Shown: positions 28,567 to 37,759 of the stretch, in pieces
Layout of the letters: the number at the start of each line of letters is the position of its first letter
How positions within the stretch are numbered: the stretch's first letter is position 1
Source of the DNA: Myxococcota bacterium
Lineage (GTDB): Bacteria > Myxococcota_A > UBA9160 > JAFDDA01
Direction: 5' to 3'
NCBI GenBank assembly: GCA_965228475.1
Contig: OZ245817.1
Location: 1,696,001 to 1,760,000, forward strand
DNA: 64,000 nucleotides
The notes under the pieces: model-generated
Seen by the model: only the letters and a program-made list of their open reading frames with translations
What the model was told of the DNA's origin: nothing
Databases searched by the model: none
Position numbers and translations under genes: made by a program

Positions 28567-29311
28567 GCTCGTGACCCTCGCGACGGTGCTCGCCTCCGCG
28601 CTGACGCTCGGCTGTGTCGAGAACGCGATCATGCAGCAGCGCGTGCCCTTCGAGTACGGTGCGCTCCCGGCGCCGGAGCCTCCGGGCCCGAGCGAGGGCG
28701 CCATCTGGCCCGGGGATACCCGGGGCGGCTCGTTCCTTTTCTTCGACTCGAAGGCTCGCGCGATCGGCGACCTCGTCACGATCCGCATCAACGAGGACCT
28801 CGAGGCCGACAGCGAGGCCAACACCGACGTCGGGCGAAGTGCGAGCCACGGGCTCTCGCTCTCCTCGGACGTGGGCTTCCAGGCGCTGGCCGAGAAGGGC
28901 GCCGAGAAGCTCCTGGCCCTGCTCGGGATCGGCAACGACCGCAGCTCCCCGGAGACCGCGAGCGGCACCAGCCTGAACGTGCTGACGACCTCGACCTCGA
29001 GCGACTTCTCGGGCGACGGCGCGACGGACCGCAAGGGCAGCTTCACCGGCATGATGACCTGCCGCGTCGTGAACGTGCTGCCGAGCGGCGTCTATCACAT
29101 CCAGGGCCGCCGCCAGATCATCGTCAACCACGAAGCGCAGTGGATCACGCTCGAAGCGCTCGTCCGCCAGGAAGACATCGGGATCGACAACATGGTCGAC
29201 TCGACCAAGCTCGCCGAGGCGCGCCTCTCCTTCGATGGGATCGGCGTGATCGACGACAAGCAGCGGCCCGGCTGGGTCGCGAGGGTGCTCGATTGGGTGT
29301 ATCCGTTCTGA
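28556..29311 (+). CDS. flgH: L-ring lipoprotein FlgH
   Basis: Lipobox LTLGC; DSKARAIGDLVTI, VRQEDI, Q.PGW...PF. Confidence 0.92.
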   Translation: MRSRLVTLATVLASALTLGCVENAIMQQRVPFEYGALPAPEPPGPSEGAIWPGDTRGGSFLFFDSKARAIGDLVTIRINEDLEADSEANTDVGRSASHGLSLSSDVGFQALAEKGAEKLLALLGIGNDRSSPETASGTSLNVLTTSTSSDFSGDGATDRKGSFTGMMTCRVVNVLPSGVYHIQGRRQIIVNHEAQWITLEALVRQEDIGIDNMVDSTKLAEARLSFDGIGVIDDKQRPGWVARVLDWVYPF

Positions 29312-30399
29312 CGAGACTGGCACTCGGCCTCCTGCTCCTCGTCCTGCCGCTTCCGGCGGACGCGGCGCGCGTGAAGGACTTCGCCTCGGTGAAGGGCGTC
29401 CGCCCGAACCAGATCATCGGCTACGGCCTGGTGGTCGGGCTCGCGGGCACCGGTGACAAGCCCCAGACCGAGTTCACCGTGCAGTCGCTCTCGAGCATGC
29501 TCTCGAAGATGGGCGTCGGCGTGGACCCCGACCTCGTGAAGGTCAAGAACGTCGCGGCCGTGATGGTGACGGGGCATCTGCCCGCCTTTTCGCGCACCGG
29601 CTCGAAGATCGACGTGATGGTTTCCTCCCTCGGCGATGCGACGAGCCTCGAGGGCGGCACCCTCCTGATGACGCCGATGCTCGGCACCGATGGCAACGTC
29701 TACGCCCTGGCCCAGGGCGCGCTCTCCGTGAACGGCTTCGCGGTCAGCGGCGGAGGCGGGAGCTCGGTGCAGAAGAACCACCCCACGGTGGGCCGGATCC
29801 CGAACGGCGCCAGCGTCGAGCGCGAGGTGCCGTACTGGATCGACGGCAAGCGCGAGTTCGAACTCGCCCTCGGCGCGCCGGACTTCACCACGGCCCTGCG
29901 CACGGTCGAAGCCATCAACCGCTACTTCAAGACGCCGGTGGCCGCGGCACGCGATGCCGGGACCCTGGCCCTGGCCGTTCCCGAGATCTACGCCGACGAC
30001 GTCGTGGGTTTCATGGCCGCCGTCGAAGGAATCGAGGTCGAGCCCGACGTTCGTGCGCGTGTGGTCTTGAACGAGCGGACCGGCACGGTCGTGATGGGCT
30101 CGAAGGTCCGCATCGACACCGTGGCCGTCTCCCACGGGAGCCTCTCGGTCACGATCAGCGCGACCAACACCGTCTCTCAGCCGCTCCCGTTCTCGGACGG
30201 CGTCACCACGCCCGTCGTGAACGACGACGTCTCCGCGGTCGAGGAGCCCTCGGCGCTCGTCGTGATCGACGGCCCGGTCACGATCGGGGAGCTCGTCCGT
30301 GGCCTGAACGCGATGGGCGTCACGCCCCGCGACCTGATCGCCATTCTGCAAGCCGTGAAAACCGCCGGAGCGCTCTCGGCGGATCTGGAGATCATGTGA
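29293..30399 (+). CDS. flgI: P-ring protein FlgI
   Basis: RVKD, GYGLVVGLAGTGD, KNVAAVMVT, NERTGTVV; TTG at 29293 after GAGGG (or CTG at 29308). Confidence 0.95.
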   Translation: MGVSVLTRLALGLLLLVLPLPADAARVKDFASVKGVRPNQIIGYGLVVGLAGTGDKPQTEFTVQSLSSMLSKMGVGVDPDLVKVKNVAAVMVTGHLPAFSRTGSKIDVMVSSLGDATSLEGGTLLMTPMLGTDGNVYALAQGALSVNGFAVSGGGGSSVQKNHPTVGRIPNGASVEREVPYWIDGKREFELALGAPDFTTALRTVEAINRYFKTPVAAARDAGTLALAVPEIYADDVVGFMAAVEGIEVEPDVRARVVLNERTGTVVMGSKVRIDTVAVSHGSLSVTISATNTVSQPLPFSDGVTTPVVNDDVSAVEEPSALVVIDGPVTIGELVRGLNAMGVTPRDLIAILQAVKTAGALSADLEIM

Positions 30400-30731
30400 G
30401 TGACCTCGCGGCCCTTGCGGCCACCTCCTTCCGCTCGCCCCACGACGTGAAGGCGACGCCCGACCTCGAGACCGCGGCCAGCGAGTTCGAGGCCTACCTG
30501 ATCGGCGAGCTGCTGCGGCTCTCGGAGGCTTCGGCGCTCCACGAGGGGCCCCTGGCCGGTGGGCACGGCGGCAAGATGATGAAGAGTCTCTTCCACGAGG
30601 AGATCGCCCGGACGGTCGCTGCCAACGGCGGCCTCGGCGTCGCCCGGATGCTGACGACCCAGCTCGAGCCCGCGGATCCCGCGGACCCCAACGCTTCGCG
30701 CGAGGGTGATGACGAGGAGCTGGGCCGATGA
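30396..30731 (+). CDS. flgJ: FlgJ rod-binding domain only (no muramidase)
   Basis: AASEFEA, GGLGVARML; position after flgI. Confidence 0.75.
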   Translation: MSDLAALAATSFRSPHDVKATPDLETAASEFEAYLIGELLRLSEASALHEGPLAGGHGGKMMKSLFHEEIARTVAANGGLGVARMLTTQLEPADPADPNASREGDDEELGR

Positions 30732-31237
30732 GCCTCGCCACTCCGTCCCCGAACGAACTGCTCGACGTGCTCGAATCCGAGGAGCGCCTCTACCAGGAGC
30801 TCCGCGGCGTTCTCCAGGAAGAGCGGGAGCGCATCGTGAACCTGGATGCCGGCGGGCTCGAGGAGGTCGTCCAGCGCAAGGAGGCCCTCGCCGCCGAAGG
30901 CAAGCTGCTCGAGGAAGGCCGCATCGAGGCCGCGCGCCGCCTGGCGACCGGGCTCGGCCTTTCCGGGGAGCGCCCGACGCTCTCGGCCCTGTGCGATGCC
31001 CTCGGCGATGGGGCGAAGGAGCTCCGCGAGGCCCACAGCCGGATGGTCGCGCTCGTCGGTGCGGTCCGCGAGCTGCTCGATGCGAACGCGGGTTTCGCGG
31101 GGGAATCCCTCGGGCAGGTGCGCGGAACGCTGACGCTGCTCGGCCGACTCCTGCCGGTGAACGCGAGCTATGGGCCGGTCGTGACCGCCGCTCCGGCCGG
31201 GCCGTCGAGCGGCTCGCTCGTGCGGCGATCGGCGTAG
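30728..31237 (+). CDS. flgN: Flagellar chaperone FlgN
   Basis: All-helical protein directly upstream of flgK; TLSAL, N and Y motifs. Confidence 0.75.
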   Translation: MSLATPSPNELLDVLESEERLYQELRGVLQEERERIVNLDAGGLEEVVQRKEALAAEGKLLEEGRIEAARRLATGLGLSGERPTLSALCDALGDGAKELREAHSRMVALVGAVRELLDANAGFAGESLGQVRGTLTLLGRLLPVNASYGPVVTAAPAGPSSGSLVRRSA

Positions 31238-31249
31238 GGGGCAGGGCGC

Positions 31250-32710
31250 GTGGCGAATCTCTTCGGTGTGCTCGACACGGCTTCGCGTGGGTTGTTGATC
31301 AACCAGCGCGGAATCGGCGTGACGGGCCACAACATCGCCAACGCCGGGAACACGGACTACTCGCGCCAGCGGCAGGTGCTCGAAGCGGCGCGGCCGATGC
31401 AGAGCCCGGAAGGCGCGATCGGCCTCGGCGTACGCCAGGTCGCGATCGAACGCATCACGGATCAGTTCCTCGCGCGGGCGCTGGTCGAGGAGCGCAGCGC
31501 GAACGGCTCGATCCAGGTGCAGTCGGACGCCCTGAACGCCCTCGAGACGATCTTCAACGAGCAGCAGGGCCCCGGTCTGACGGCGGCGCTCTCGGACTTC
31601 TACAACGCCTTCGAAGAGCTCACGGCTTCGACGGACCCGACGGGCGGGACCGAGCGAGCGCTCGTGGTCTCGCGCGCGGAGGCCGTCGCGGCCGAGTTCC
31701 AGCGCATGGACGCCCAGATCCGGGACCAGCAGCGGGCCGCCGACCGCGGCATCCGCGGCACCGTCGACCAGATCAACGGCCTGACGGCGCGCATCCAGGA
31801 GCTGAACGACGAGATCGTCCGGGCTGAGGTCACGGCCCCCGCGAACGACCTGCGCGACCTGCGTGACGCGGCTCTGCGGGAGCTCGCGTCGCTCGTCGAC
31901 GTCCAGACCTTCGAGCAGGCCGAGGGCGATCTCGTCGTGATGATGGGCAGCAACGGCCTTCCGCTCGTCGAAGGCCAGACCGCCCGGCAGCTCGTGGCCA
32001 CCGCGAACGGGACAAACCCCTTCGATCCGACCTACGTCCAGGTGACCTACAGCGAGGGCAGCAACCTGATCGACATCACCTCCGACATCGGGGGCGGGGA
32101 GCTCGGCGGTCTGCTGAACGTGCGAGACCAGATCCTCTCGGGCGCGATCCGGAGTCTCGACACCCTGGCCTACAACCTGATCGAGACGGTCAACACCCAG
32201 CACCAGGCCGGCTTCGACCTCACCGGCGCGGCCGGCGGGGACTTCTTCACGGACACCCTGGCGGCCGGCGTGGCCGACGCCGCCAGCACGATCAGCCTCG
32301 ATGCGGCGCTCACCGGCGACACGATCGCCGCCGCTGCCAACGCCGCGGGCGACCCGGGCGACCGCGGCAACGCCCAGGCCATGGCGGATCTGCGCAACGC
32401 CTCGGCGGCGCTCTACCTGCCCGGGGACCCGGCGCCGCCCGGGGCGGCCACGGGCCCGGTCCGCAGCGTGCTCGAGCACACCGCAGCCACGATCGCCGAC
32501 GTCGGTCAGCAGGCCCAGGGGCTCGCCGCCGCGCGCGACCAGCAGGGCCGGGTGCTCGAGACCCTCGAGAACCGGCGGGACGCGATCTCCGGCGTGTCCG
32601 TCGACGAAGAGGTCGTGAACCTGGTGCGGCTCGAGGCCGCCTTCCAGGCCAACGCGCGGGTCATCGCCACCGTTCAGCAGATGCTGGACGAGCTGGTGTC
32701 GCTACTCTAG
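31250..32710 (+). CDS. flgK: Hook-associated protein FlgK
   Basis: TGHNIANAG..YSRQ, NDLRD.RD, SGVSVDEE. Confidence 0.94.
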   Translation: MANLFGVLDTASRGLLINQRGIGVTGHNIANAGNTDYSRQRQVLEAARPMQSPEGAIGLGVRQVAIERITDQFLARALVEERSANGSIQVQSDALNALETIFNEQQGPGLTAALSDFYNAFEELTASTDPTGGTERALVVSRAEAVAAEFQRMDAQIRDQQRAADRGIRGTVDQINGLTARIQELNDEIVRAEVTAPANDLRDLRDAALRELASLVDVQTFEQAEGDLVVMMGSNGLPLVEGQTARQLVATANGTNPFDPTYVQVTYSEGSNLIDITSDIGGGELGGLLNVRDQILSGAIRSLDTLAYNLIETVNTQHQAGFDLTGAAGGDFFTDTLAAGVADAASTISLDAALTGDTIAAAANAAGDPGDRGNAQAMADLRNASAALYLPGDPAPPGAATGPVRSVLEHTAATIADVGQQAQGLAAARDQQGRVLETLENRRDAISGVSVDEEVVNLVRLEAAFQANARVIATVQQMLDELVSLL

Positions 32711-32725
32711 GAGCAGGGGCAGGGG

Positions 32726-33682
32726 ATGGGCTTTCGCATCACGAACTCGATTCTCTATCGCACGACGCTCGCCAACGTCAGCCGGCAGCGTGAGCGCCTC
32801 GCCGTCCGCCAGGAGCAGGCGGCCAGTGGCCTCCGCGTGAACCGCCCTTCGGACGACCCCGCGGCGGTCCGAACCGCCTCCGTCCTCAAGGCGGCGCTCT
32901 CCGCCAACGAACAGTTCGGCCGCAACGTCACGCAATCGCGCTCGCGGGTGCAGGGCATGGAGTCGGCGCTCGCCAACGTGAACGAGCTGCTCGTCACCCT
33001 GCGGGACCGGGTCCTGCAGGGCGCGAACGACCCGACCGGCGACGCCGCGGCGAACCTCGCCCAGGACGTCGAGCAGATCCACGGGTCGCTGCTCGCGGAG
33101 GGCAACACCACCGTGGGCGGCTCGCACGTCTTCTCGGGCTACGCGAGCCAGACGCCCCCGTTCGCGGTCGCCGGCCCCTTCGTCGATGGCAGCCCGTCGC
33201 CCGTGACCTCCTTCGCCGGGGACCGCAACGAACTCGTCGTGCAGATCGACGAGGGCGTCAGCACCCGGGTCACCCTGAACGGCCAGCGGGTCTTCATGGG
33301 CGATGCCGACGGCGACGGCAACGTGGACGCCGGCCGGGCCGACGTCTTCGACGTGGCCGCGGACGTGCGGGACGCACTCCTCCTCCCCGACGATCAGCGC
33401 GGCGATGCCCTGCGTGCGACGCTCGCGCGCATCGACACCGCGATCGAGCAGGTCGGGGCCGAGCGCAGCCGGGTCGGCGCCATCGACACGAAGCTCGTCC
33501 GCCAGCAGGAACTCCTGGCCGACCGCGAGCTTCGCCTGACCGAAGGGCTCTCGGACGCCCAGGACGCCGACGCCGTCGAGGTGTTCTCGGACCTGGTCAG
33601 CCAGGAGGCGGCCCTGCAGGCGTCGCTCGGCGCGACCGCGCGGGTGATCCAACCGACGCTCATGAACTTCCTGGGGGGCTGA
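32726..33682 (+). CDS. flgL: Hook-associated protein FlgL
   Basis: SGLRVNRPSDDP, VFSG, TLMNFL. Confidence 0.9.
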   Translation: MGFRITNSILYRTTLANVSRQRERLAVRQEQAASGLRVNRPSDDPAAVRTASVLKAALSANEQFGRNVTQSRSRVQGMESALANVNELLVTLRDRVLQGANDPTGDAAANLAQDVEQIHGSLLAEGNTTVGGSHVFSGYASQTPPFAVAGPFVDGSPSPVTSFAGDRNELVVQIDEGVSTRVTLNGQRVFMGDADGDGNVDAGRADVFDVAADVRDALLLPDDQRGDALRATLARIDTAIEQVGAERSRVGAIDTKLVRQQELLADRELRLTEGLSDAQDADAVEVFSDLVSQEAALQASLGATARVIQPTLMNFLGG

Positions 33683-33942
33683 TGCTCGTCTTATCCCGAA
33701 AGCCCGGTGAGAGTCTGCGCGTCGGGAGCGACGTGAAGATCACCGTCGTCTCGACGGCCTCCGGCCAGGTGCGCATCGGCATCGAGGCGCCCGCCGACGT
33801 CGAGATCCTGCGCGAAGAAGTCTACGAACGCATCGTGGAAGCGAACCTCGAAGCCGCCAAGAGCTCCGGGGCCGTCCCGCGTACCGTCCTCCCCCCGAAC
33901 CTGCAGAAGAACGACCGCCGCGGCGGGGGAGAACGCACATGA
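33682..33942 (+). CDS. csrA: Carbon storage regulator CsrA (long, FliW-binding type)
   Basis: MLVLSRKPGESL, VRIGIEAP, REEVY plus C-terminal extension. Confidence 0.95.
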   Translation: MLVLSRKPGESLRVGSDVKITVVSTASGQVRIGIEAPADVEILREEVYERIVEANLEAAKSSGAVPRTVLPPNLQKNDRRGGGERT

Positions 33943-34406
33943 GCTCGGAACGCACCACGATCGAAACCACCCGGTTCGGCACGCTGGAGGTGGACGCCTC
34001 GGAAGCCTTCCGCTTCGGCGGAGTGCCCGGCTTTCCGGACGCCGAGCGTTTCGTGTTGATGCAGCACGACACGGGCTCCACGTTCGCCTGGCTGATCTCC
34101 CTCGAGCTCCCGGACCTCGCCTTCGTCGTGGCCGACCCGTGGCAGTTCTTCCCGGACTACCGGCCGCCGCTCGAGCCGCGTCATCTGATGACGATCGGCG
34201 TCGAGCAGGCCGAGGACTTCGAGCTCCTGTGCCTCGTGAGCTTCCAGAACGGGGAAGCGACGGTGAACCTCGCGGCCCCGATCCTGATCAACGCCAAGGA
34301 GCGGCGAGGGGCCCAGGTCATCCTCGAGACCGACGACCTGAACGTCCGCGAGGTCGTTCCCGCCCCGGTGCCGGAAGAAGAGGCCGCGGACGGCCAGGCC
34401 GGCTAG
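33939..34406 (+). CDS. fliW: Flagellar assembly factor FliW
   Basis: TTRFG, GVPGF, AFVVADPWQFFPDY, TVNLAAPILIN, GAQVIL. Confidence 0.92.
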   Translation: MSSERTTIETTRFGTLEVDASEAFRFGGVPGFPDAERFVLMQHDTGSTFAWLISLELPDLAFVVADPWQFFPDYRPPLEPRHLMTIGVEQAEDFELLCLVSFQNGEATVNLAAPILINAKERRGAQVILETDDLNVREVVPAPVPEEEAADGQAG

Positions 34407-34426
34407 GCCGCCCGGGTCAGCGCCGG

Positions 34427-35302
34427 CTAGCGCGTCCGTTCGATCGGCGGGAGCCGGTCGAGCAGGTTGCCGAGGGCCTCTTCGGGGCCCGGGGCTTCGT
34501 AGCCCGCGGCCGGATCCGCCAGCAAGACGAGATCGACGCGCCGGTTCGCGGCGCGCCCCTCCGGAGAATCGTTCGGCAGGAGCGGGCGGTACTCCGCGTA
34601 GCCAGCGGCGGAGAGCCGGCTCGGGCGCAGGCGGTGGTGCTCGAGCAGGTACCGCAGCACGCCCGTCGCTCGGGCCGTCGACAGCTCCCAGTTGCTCTCG
34701 AAAACCCTCGCGCTTTCGAACGACCCCGCTGCGTCGCCAGCCTTCGTGCTCCGGATCGGGGCGTCGTCGGTGTGACCCTCGATGCGGATCGGCGCGGCGA
34801 CGCTTTCGAGGACGGTGCCGAGCCGATCGAGAACGGGCCCCGCTTCCCCGCGCAGCGTCGCCGAGCCCGGGCTGAACAGGTGGCCCGCCGACAGCGAGAT
34901 CGTGAAGCCCTCGGGAGAGCCCTGCATGCGGACCACCTCCTCGAGTTCGTCGGGGGAGAGCAGTGCGCCGAGGCTGCCCGTGAGTTCGTCCCGGACGGCG
35001 GCGAACTGCGGGGCGATGGCGTCGGCCTCCGAGGCCTGGGGCGCACGGTCGCCGTCGGATTCGGCCGCGAGGCCTCCGGTGCCGCCGGGAAGCAGCAGGT
35101 CGAAGAGGATCGGCTGGGCGCCGGCGGCCCCATCGGCGAAGGCTTCCTTCACGCCGGTCGAGACGCGCTCGAACTTCACGGCGTCGATCGTCGAGCTGGC
35201 GTAGAGCACGACGAAGAAGGCAAACAGGAGCGTGATGAAGTCCGCGTAGGACACCATCCAGCGGTCGCGATCCGGCTCCTCGTCGAGTTCGAGGCGGCGC
35301 AT
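34427..35302 (-). CDS. motB: Second stator B subunit (MotB/MotD-like)
   Basis: RWMVSYADFITLLFAFFVVLYA; EGHTD, SNWELSTARA, NRRVD. Confidence 0.92.
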   Translation of the reverse strand: MRRLELDEEPDRDRWMVSYADFITLLFAFFVVLYASSTIDAVKFERVSTGVKEAFADGAAGAQPILFDLLLPGGTGGLAAESDGDRAPQASEADAIAPQFAAVRDELTGSLGALLSPDELEEVVRMQGSPEGFTISLSAGHLFSPGSATLRGEAGPVLDRLGTVLESVAAPIRIEGHTDDAPIRSTKAGDAAGSFESARVFESNWELSTARATGVLRYLLEHHRLRPSRLSAAGYAEYRPLLPNDSPEGRAANRRVDLVLLADPAAGYEAPGPEEALGNLLDRLPPIERTR

Positions 35303-35327
35303 CAGCGGGCTCCCGGGAGTGCGGGCT

Positions 35328-36098
35328 TCACGCCGCTTCCAGCTCTTCCCCGGCCGGTCGGCTGAAGAAGGCCTGCATGCGGTCGTCGAGAACGCTCGGC
35401 GAGACGCCGGATTGGATGCCCAGGGCGGCCTCGATCACCATCTCGTGCACGCTGCGTTCCTTCACCGTGAGCCGCTTCAGCCGTTTGGCGATGGGAAGGA
35501 AGACCAGGTTCGCCGCCCCGACGCCGTAGATCGTGGCGACGAAGGCCACCGCGATGCCGGCTCCGAGCCGCGACGGGTCCGCGAGGTTCTCCATCGTGTG
35601 GATCAAGCCGAGGACGGCGCCGAGGATGCCGAGCGTCGGCGCGAATCCCCCGGCGGTCTCCCAGACCCGGGCCGCCGCGAGTGACTTCTCCGTCCGGATC
35701 TGGACGTCGGTCTCGAGGACGTCGCGCAGGGCTTCGCCCGTGGTGCCGTCGACGACGCGCTGGATCGCGTAGCGCAGGAAGGGGTCCGGATCTCTCCGGC
35801 AACCTTCCTCGAGGGCCACGATGCCCTCGCGCCGGGCGAGGGAGGACATCTCGAACAGGCGGCCGGCGACCTCCCGCGGGTGGGTGTCCTCGGCGGTGAA
35901 GACGCGCCGGAGCATGCGGATCGCGCGCAGGATCTCGGCGGTGGGGGACGAGAGCAGCGTGGCGCCCGCGGTTCCGCCGAGCACGATGACGGCGGCGGTC
36001 GGCTGGAGCAGGGAGCTCAGCGCACCGCCTTCGAGCCATTGGCCGCCGAAGAGCGCGAGCAGTCCGATCAGCAAACCCGCAAGGGCCGTCCACTCCAA
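35328..36098 (-). CDS. motA: Second stator A subunit (MotA/MotC-like)
   Basis: ARREGIVALE, GGFAPTLGILGAVLGLI, AVAFVATIYGV. Confidence 0.92.
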   Translation of the reverse strand: MEWTALAGLLIGLLALFGGQWLEGGALSSLLQPTAAVIVLGGTAGATLLSSPTAEILRAIRMLRRVFTAEDTHPREVAGRLFEMSSLARREGIVALEEGCRRDPDPFLRYAIQRVVDGTTGEALRDVLETDVQIRTEKSLAAARVWETAGGFAPTLGILGAVLGLIHTMENLADPSRLGAGIAVAFVATIYGVGAANLVFLPIAKRLKRLTVKERSVHEMVIEAALGIQSGVSPSVLDDRMQAFFSRPAGEELEAA

Positions 36099-36120
36099 AC
36101 GTGCTTTCCTCCCGTTCCTT

Positions 36121-36148
36121 CAATCGGCGAACGGGGCTCGTCGCTAGA
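36121..36148 (-). promoter_or_regulatory. sigma28-like motif upstream of motA2
   Basis: Minus strand TCTAG-N15-GCCGATTG. Confidence 0.35.
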
Positions 36149-37289
36149 TGGAGTCGAAACCCCAAAGGAAGAACGGCGGGGCGGTGAGGGCCCCGAGGCG
36201 GGCCGCCCATTCGTCGGGGAGGGACCGCCGCCCCTGCTGCGAGAGGCCCGGCCCGAGAACGGTGCGGACGAACTCGGCGGGGCCGAGGGAAACCCGGTCG
36301 TTTCCTCGGCGGATCCACGGAGCTTCGGGGGGGCCGCCTGCCTGGAGGCCGCTTTCCGGGTGCGCGGCGGCGAGCAGCGCGGCTGGGTCGAGCAGGCGGA
36401 CGAGGCCGAGGACACCTTCGAAGTGGCGGGCCCCGGCCCGGCGGAGGCTCGGGGCGGGTTCCGGCGCCTCGGGTCCGCAGAGCAGGGCGATCTCGTCGGC
36501 GCCGGCGCCGAGCGCCTCGAGGCAGGCGACGACGCCTCCCGGATCACCGGCCCATTCGTGGACGACACCCGGGAAGTCGTCGCCGCGTCCGAGGGCGGCG
36601 TAGGCGACGGGGCCGTTCGCGTCGCGGGCGACGCACACGCGGCAGTCGGGGGCGGCCGCGAGGCGGCGGAGAGCACCCGGTTCGCGCAGCGCGAAGCCCG
36701 GGTGTGCGTGGATCAGGGGCTCGAGGGCGTCCCACTCTTCGAGCCGGGGCGGACCGGTGGTGACGGATGCAGGCGGGCGCAGCGCGACCGTCGGGAGCAT
36801 GCTCGTCGGGATCCGGAGCATGGCCTCGTGGCCGGCGGCATGGAAACCCATGCGCTCGTAGAACGCGTGGCGGTCGCTCCACAGCACCGCCACGGCGGCT
36901 CCGGCCCGTGCGAGATCCCGAACGCAGGCTTCGACGCAGCGGGTCGCGAGCCCGCGGCGCCGGTGGGCGGGGTCGGTGTAGACGAGCCCGATCATGCCGG
37001 CCTCGAGCACGCGGCCGCGAGCGCACAGCGTGATCGGCCGGCCGACCGCGTGGGCCGCGGGCGCTCCGTCGACCCAGGCGATCTGGTGGAAGGGCGAAGC
37101 GCCGGGGTCGAGCAGCGTCGGGACCTCGGCGGCGAGCCGGCCCGGGCGTCCCGGGCGAAGGCCGCGCTCGAGCCACCCGAGGGCCGCCGCGCGCTCGGAG
37201 GCCTTCGGGGGGCGGACCTGGGCGCCATCGTCGGGCCCGTCCACCGTTTCGGGGGCCGGGACGTTGGTGTGCAGGAGATCGGCACTCAT
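36144..37289 (-). CDS. Tandem GNAT N-acetyltransferase (Eis-like architecture)
   Basis: IGLVYTDPAHRRRGLA acetyl-CoA motif, FYERMGF, second GNAT-like half, C-terminal WGFDSI; start uncertain. Confidence 0.8.
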   Translation of the reverse strand: MSADLLHTNVPAPETVDGPDDGAQVRPPKASERAAALGWLERGLRPGRPGRLAAEVPTLLDPGASPFHQIAWVDGAPAAHAVGRPITLCARGRVLEAGMIGLVYTDPAHRRRGLATRCVEACVRDLARAGAAVAVLWSDRHAFYERMGFHAAGHEAMLRIPTSMLPTVALRPPASVTTGPPRLEEWDALEPLIHAHPGFALREPGALRRLAAAPDCRVCVARDANGPVAYAALGRGDDFPGVVHEWAGDPGGVVACLEALGAGADEIALLCGPEAPEPAPSLRRAGARHFEGVLGLVRLLDPAALLAAAHPESGLQAGGPPEAPWIRRGNDRVSLGPAEFVRTVLGPGLSQQGRRSLPDEWAARLGALTAPPFFLWGFDSI

Positions 37290-37302
37290 CGCGCGGGTGA
37301 TG

Positions 37303-37318
37303 TGCAAGTTCGATGCCC
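37303..37318 (-). promoter_or_regulatory. sigma54 promoter of the GNAT-motA2-motB2 unit
   Basis: Minus strand GGGCAT-CGAAC-TTGCA (GG-N10-GC). Confidence 0.7.
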
Positions 37319-37344
37319 CGTTTCCGGCTGCCTGCGGGCCCTCC

Positions 37345-37386
37345 GCACCGTTCATGCTGAACCCCTGCTTTCAGCATGAACGGTGC
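37345..37386. repeat. Perfect 17-bp inverted repeat (8-nt spacer) between divergent sigma54 promoters
   Basis: GCACCGTTCATGCTGAA-cccctgct-TTCAGCATGAACGGTGC; each arm contains TTCA-N3-TGAA. Confidence 0.85.
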
Positions 37387-37541
37387 AGCGCCGAAGCGGG
37401 CGCTCCCCGGGCGTGCGCGGCTCTCGCGCATCGCACCGGCAATTTTCGAGCACCCCGGGAGCAGATCTGGCGCCTACCGGTTCGATCCGTCGTCGCGACG
37501 GGAACCGGCCGATTCTGGGCTGCCTTTCGAGCGTTTCGACG

Positions 37542-37557
37542 TGGCACGGGCCCTGCA
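37542..37557 (+). promoter_or_regulatory. sigma54 promoter of flagellin
   Basis: TGGCAC-GGGCC-CTGCA. Confidence 0.75.
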
Positions 37558-37569
37558 AACGGGACGTAC

Positions 37570-37759
37570 TCCAACAGCAGGCGCGTGGTGCCCGGGATGC
37601 AGTCGTGCCGTGGAGCTTCCGCAGAATGGCTCATCCCGGGCCACGAGTCTGCCGATGCGCAACTAAGGTTGGAAGGACCCATGTTGCGCGAAGAACAAAG
37701 ACGGGAACGTCTCGCCCGCCAAGGATCGGTGGGTGCACCCATGATCATGGAGGATACAA
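37570..37759 (+). promoter_or_regulatory. Structured flagellin 5' leader with GGA-loop hairpins (putative CsrA sites)
   Basis: Hairpins AGACG-GGAA-CGTCT, GCCCGCC-AAGGATC-GGTGGGT and GCGCAAC...GGAAGG...GTTGCGC, plus a long 5' stem; ATGGAGGA at the RBS. Confidence 0.6.

Noticed and set aside
29308..29310. CTG start for flgI
   Set aside because: An in-frame TTG at 29293 with a GAGGG RBS is an adequate conventional start
37489..37658. GCCGAT hexamers near fliC (37508, 37651) as sigma28 promoters
   Set aside because: No convincing -35 (GTCGT; TCATC inside a predicted stem); GCCGAT alone is frequent at this GC content
37555..37759. c-di-GMP riboswitch in the flagellin leader
   Set aside because: I could not match the class I two-hairpin GNRA/receptor consensus; GGA-loop hairpins explain the structure better
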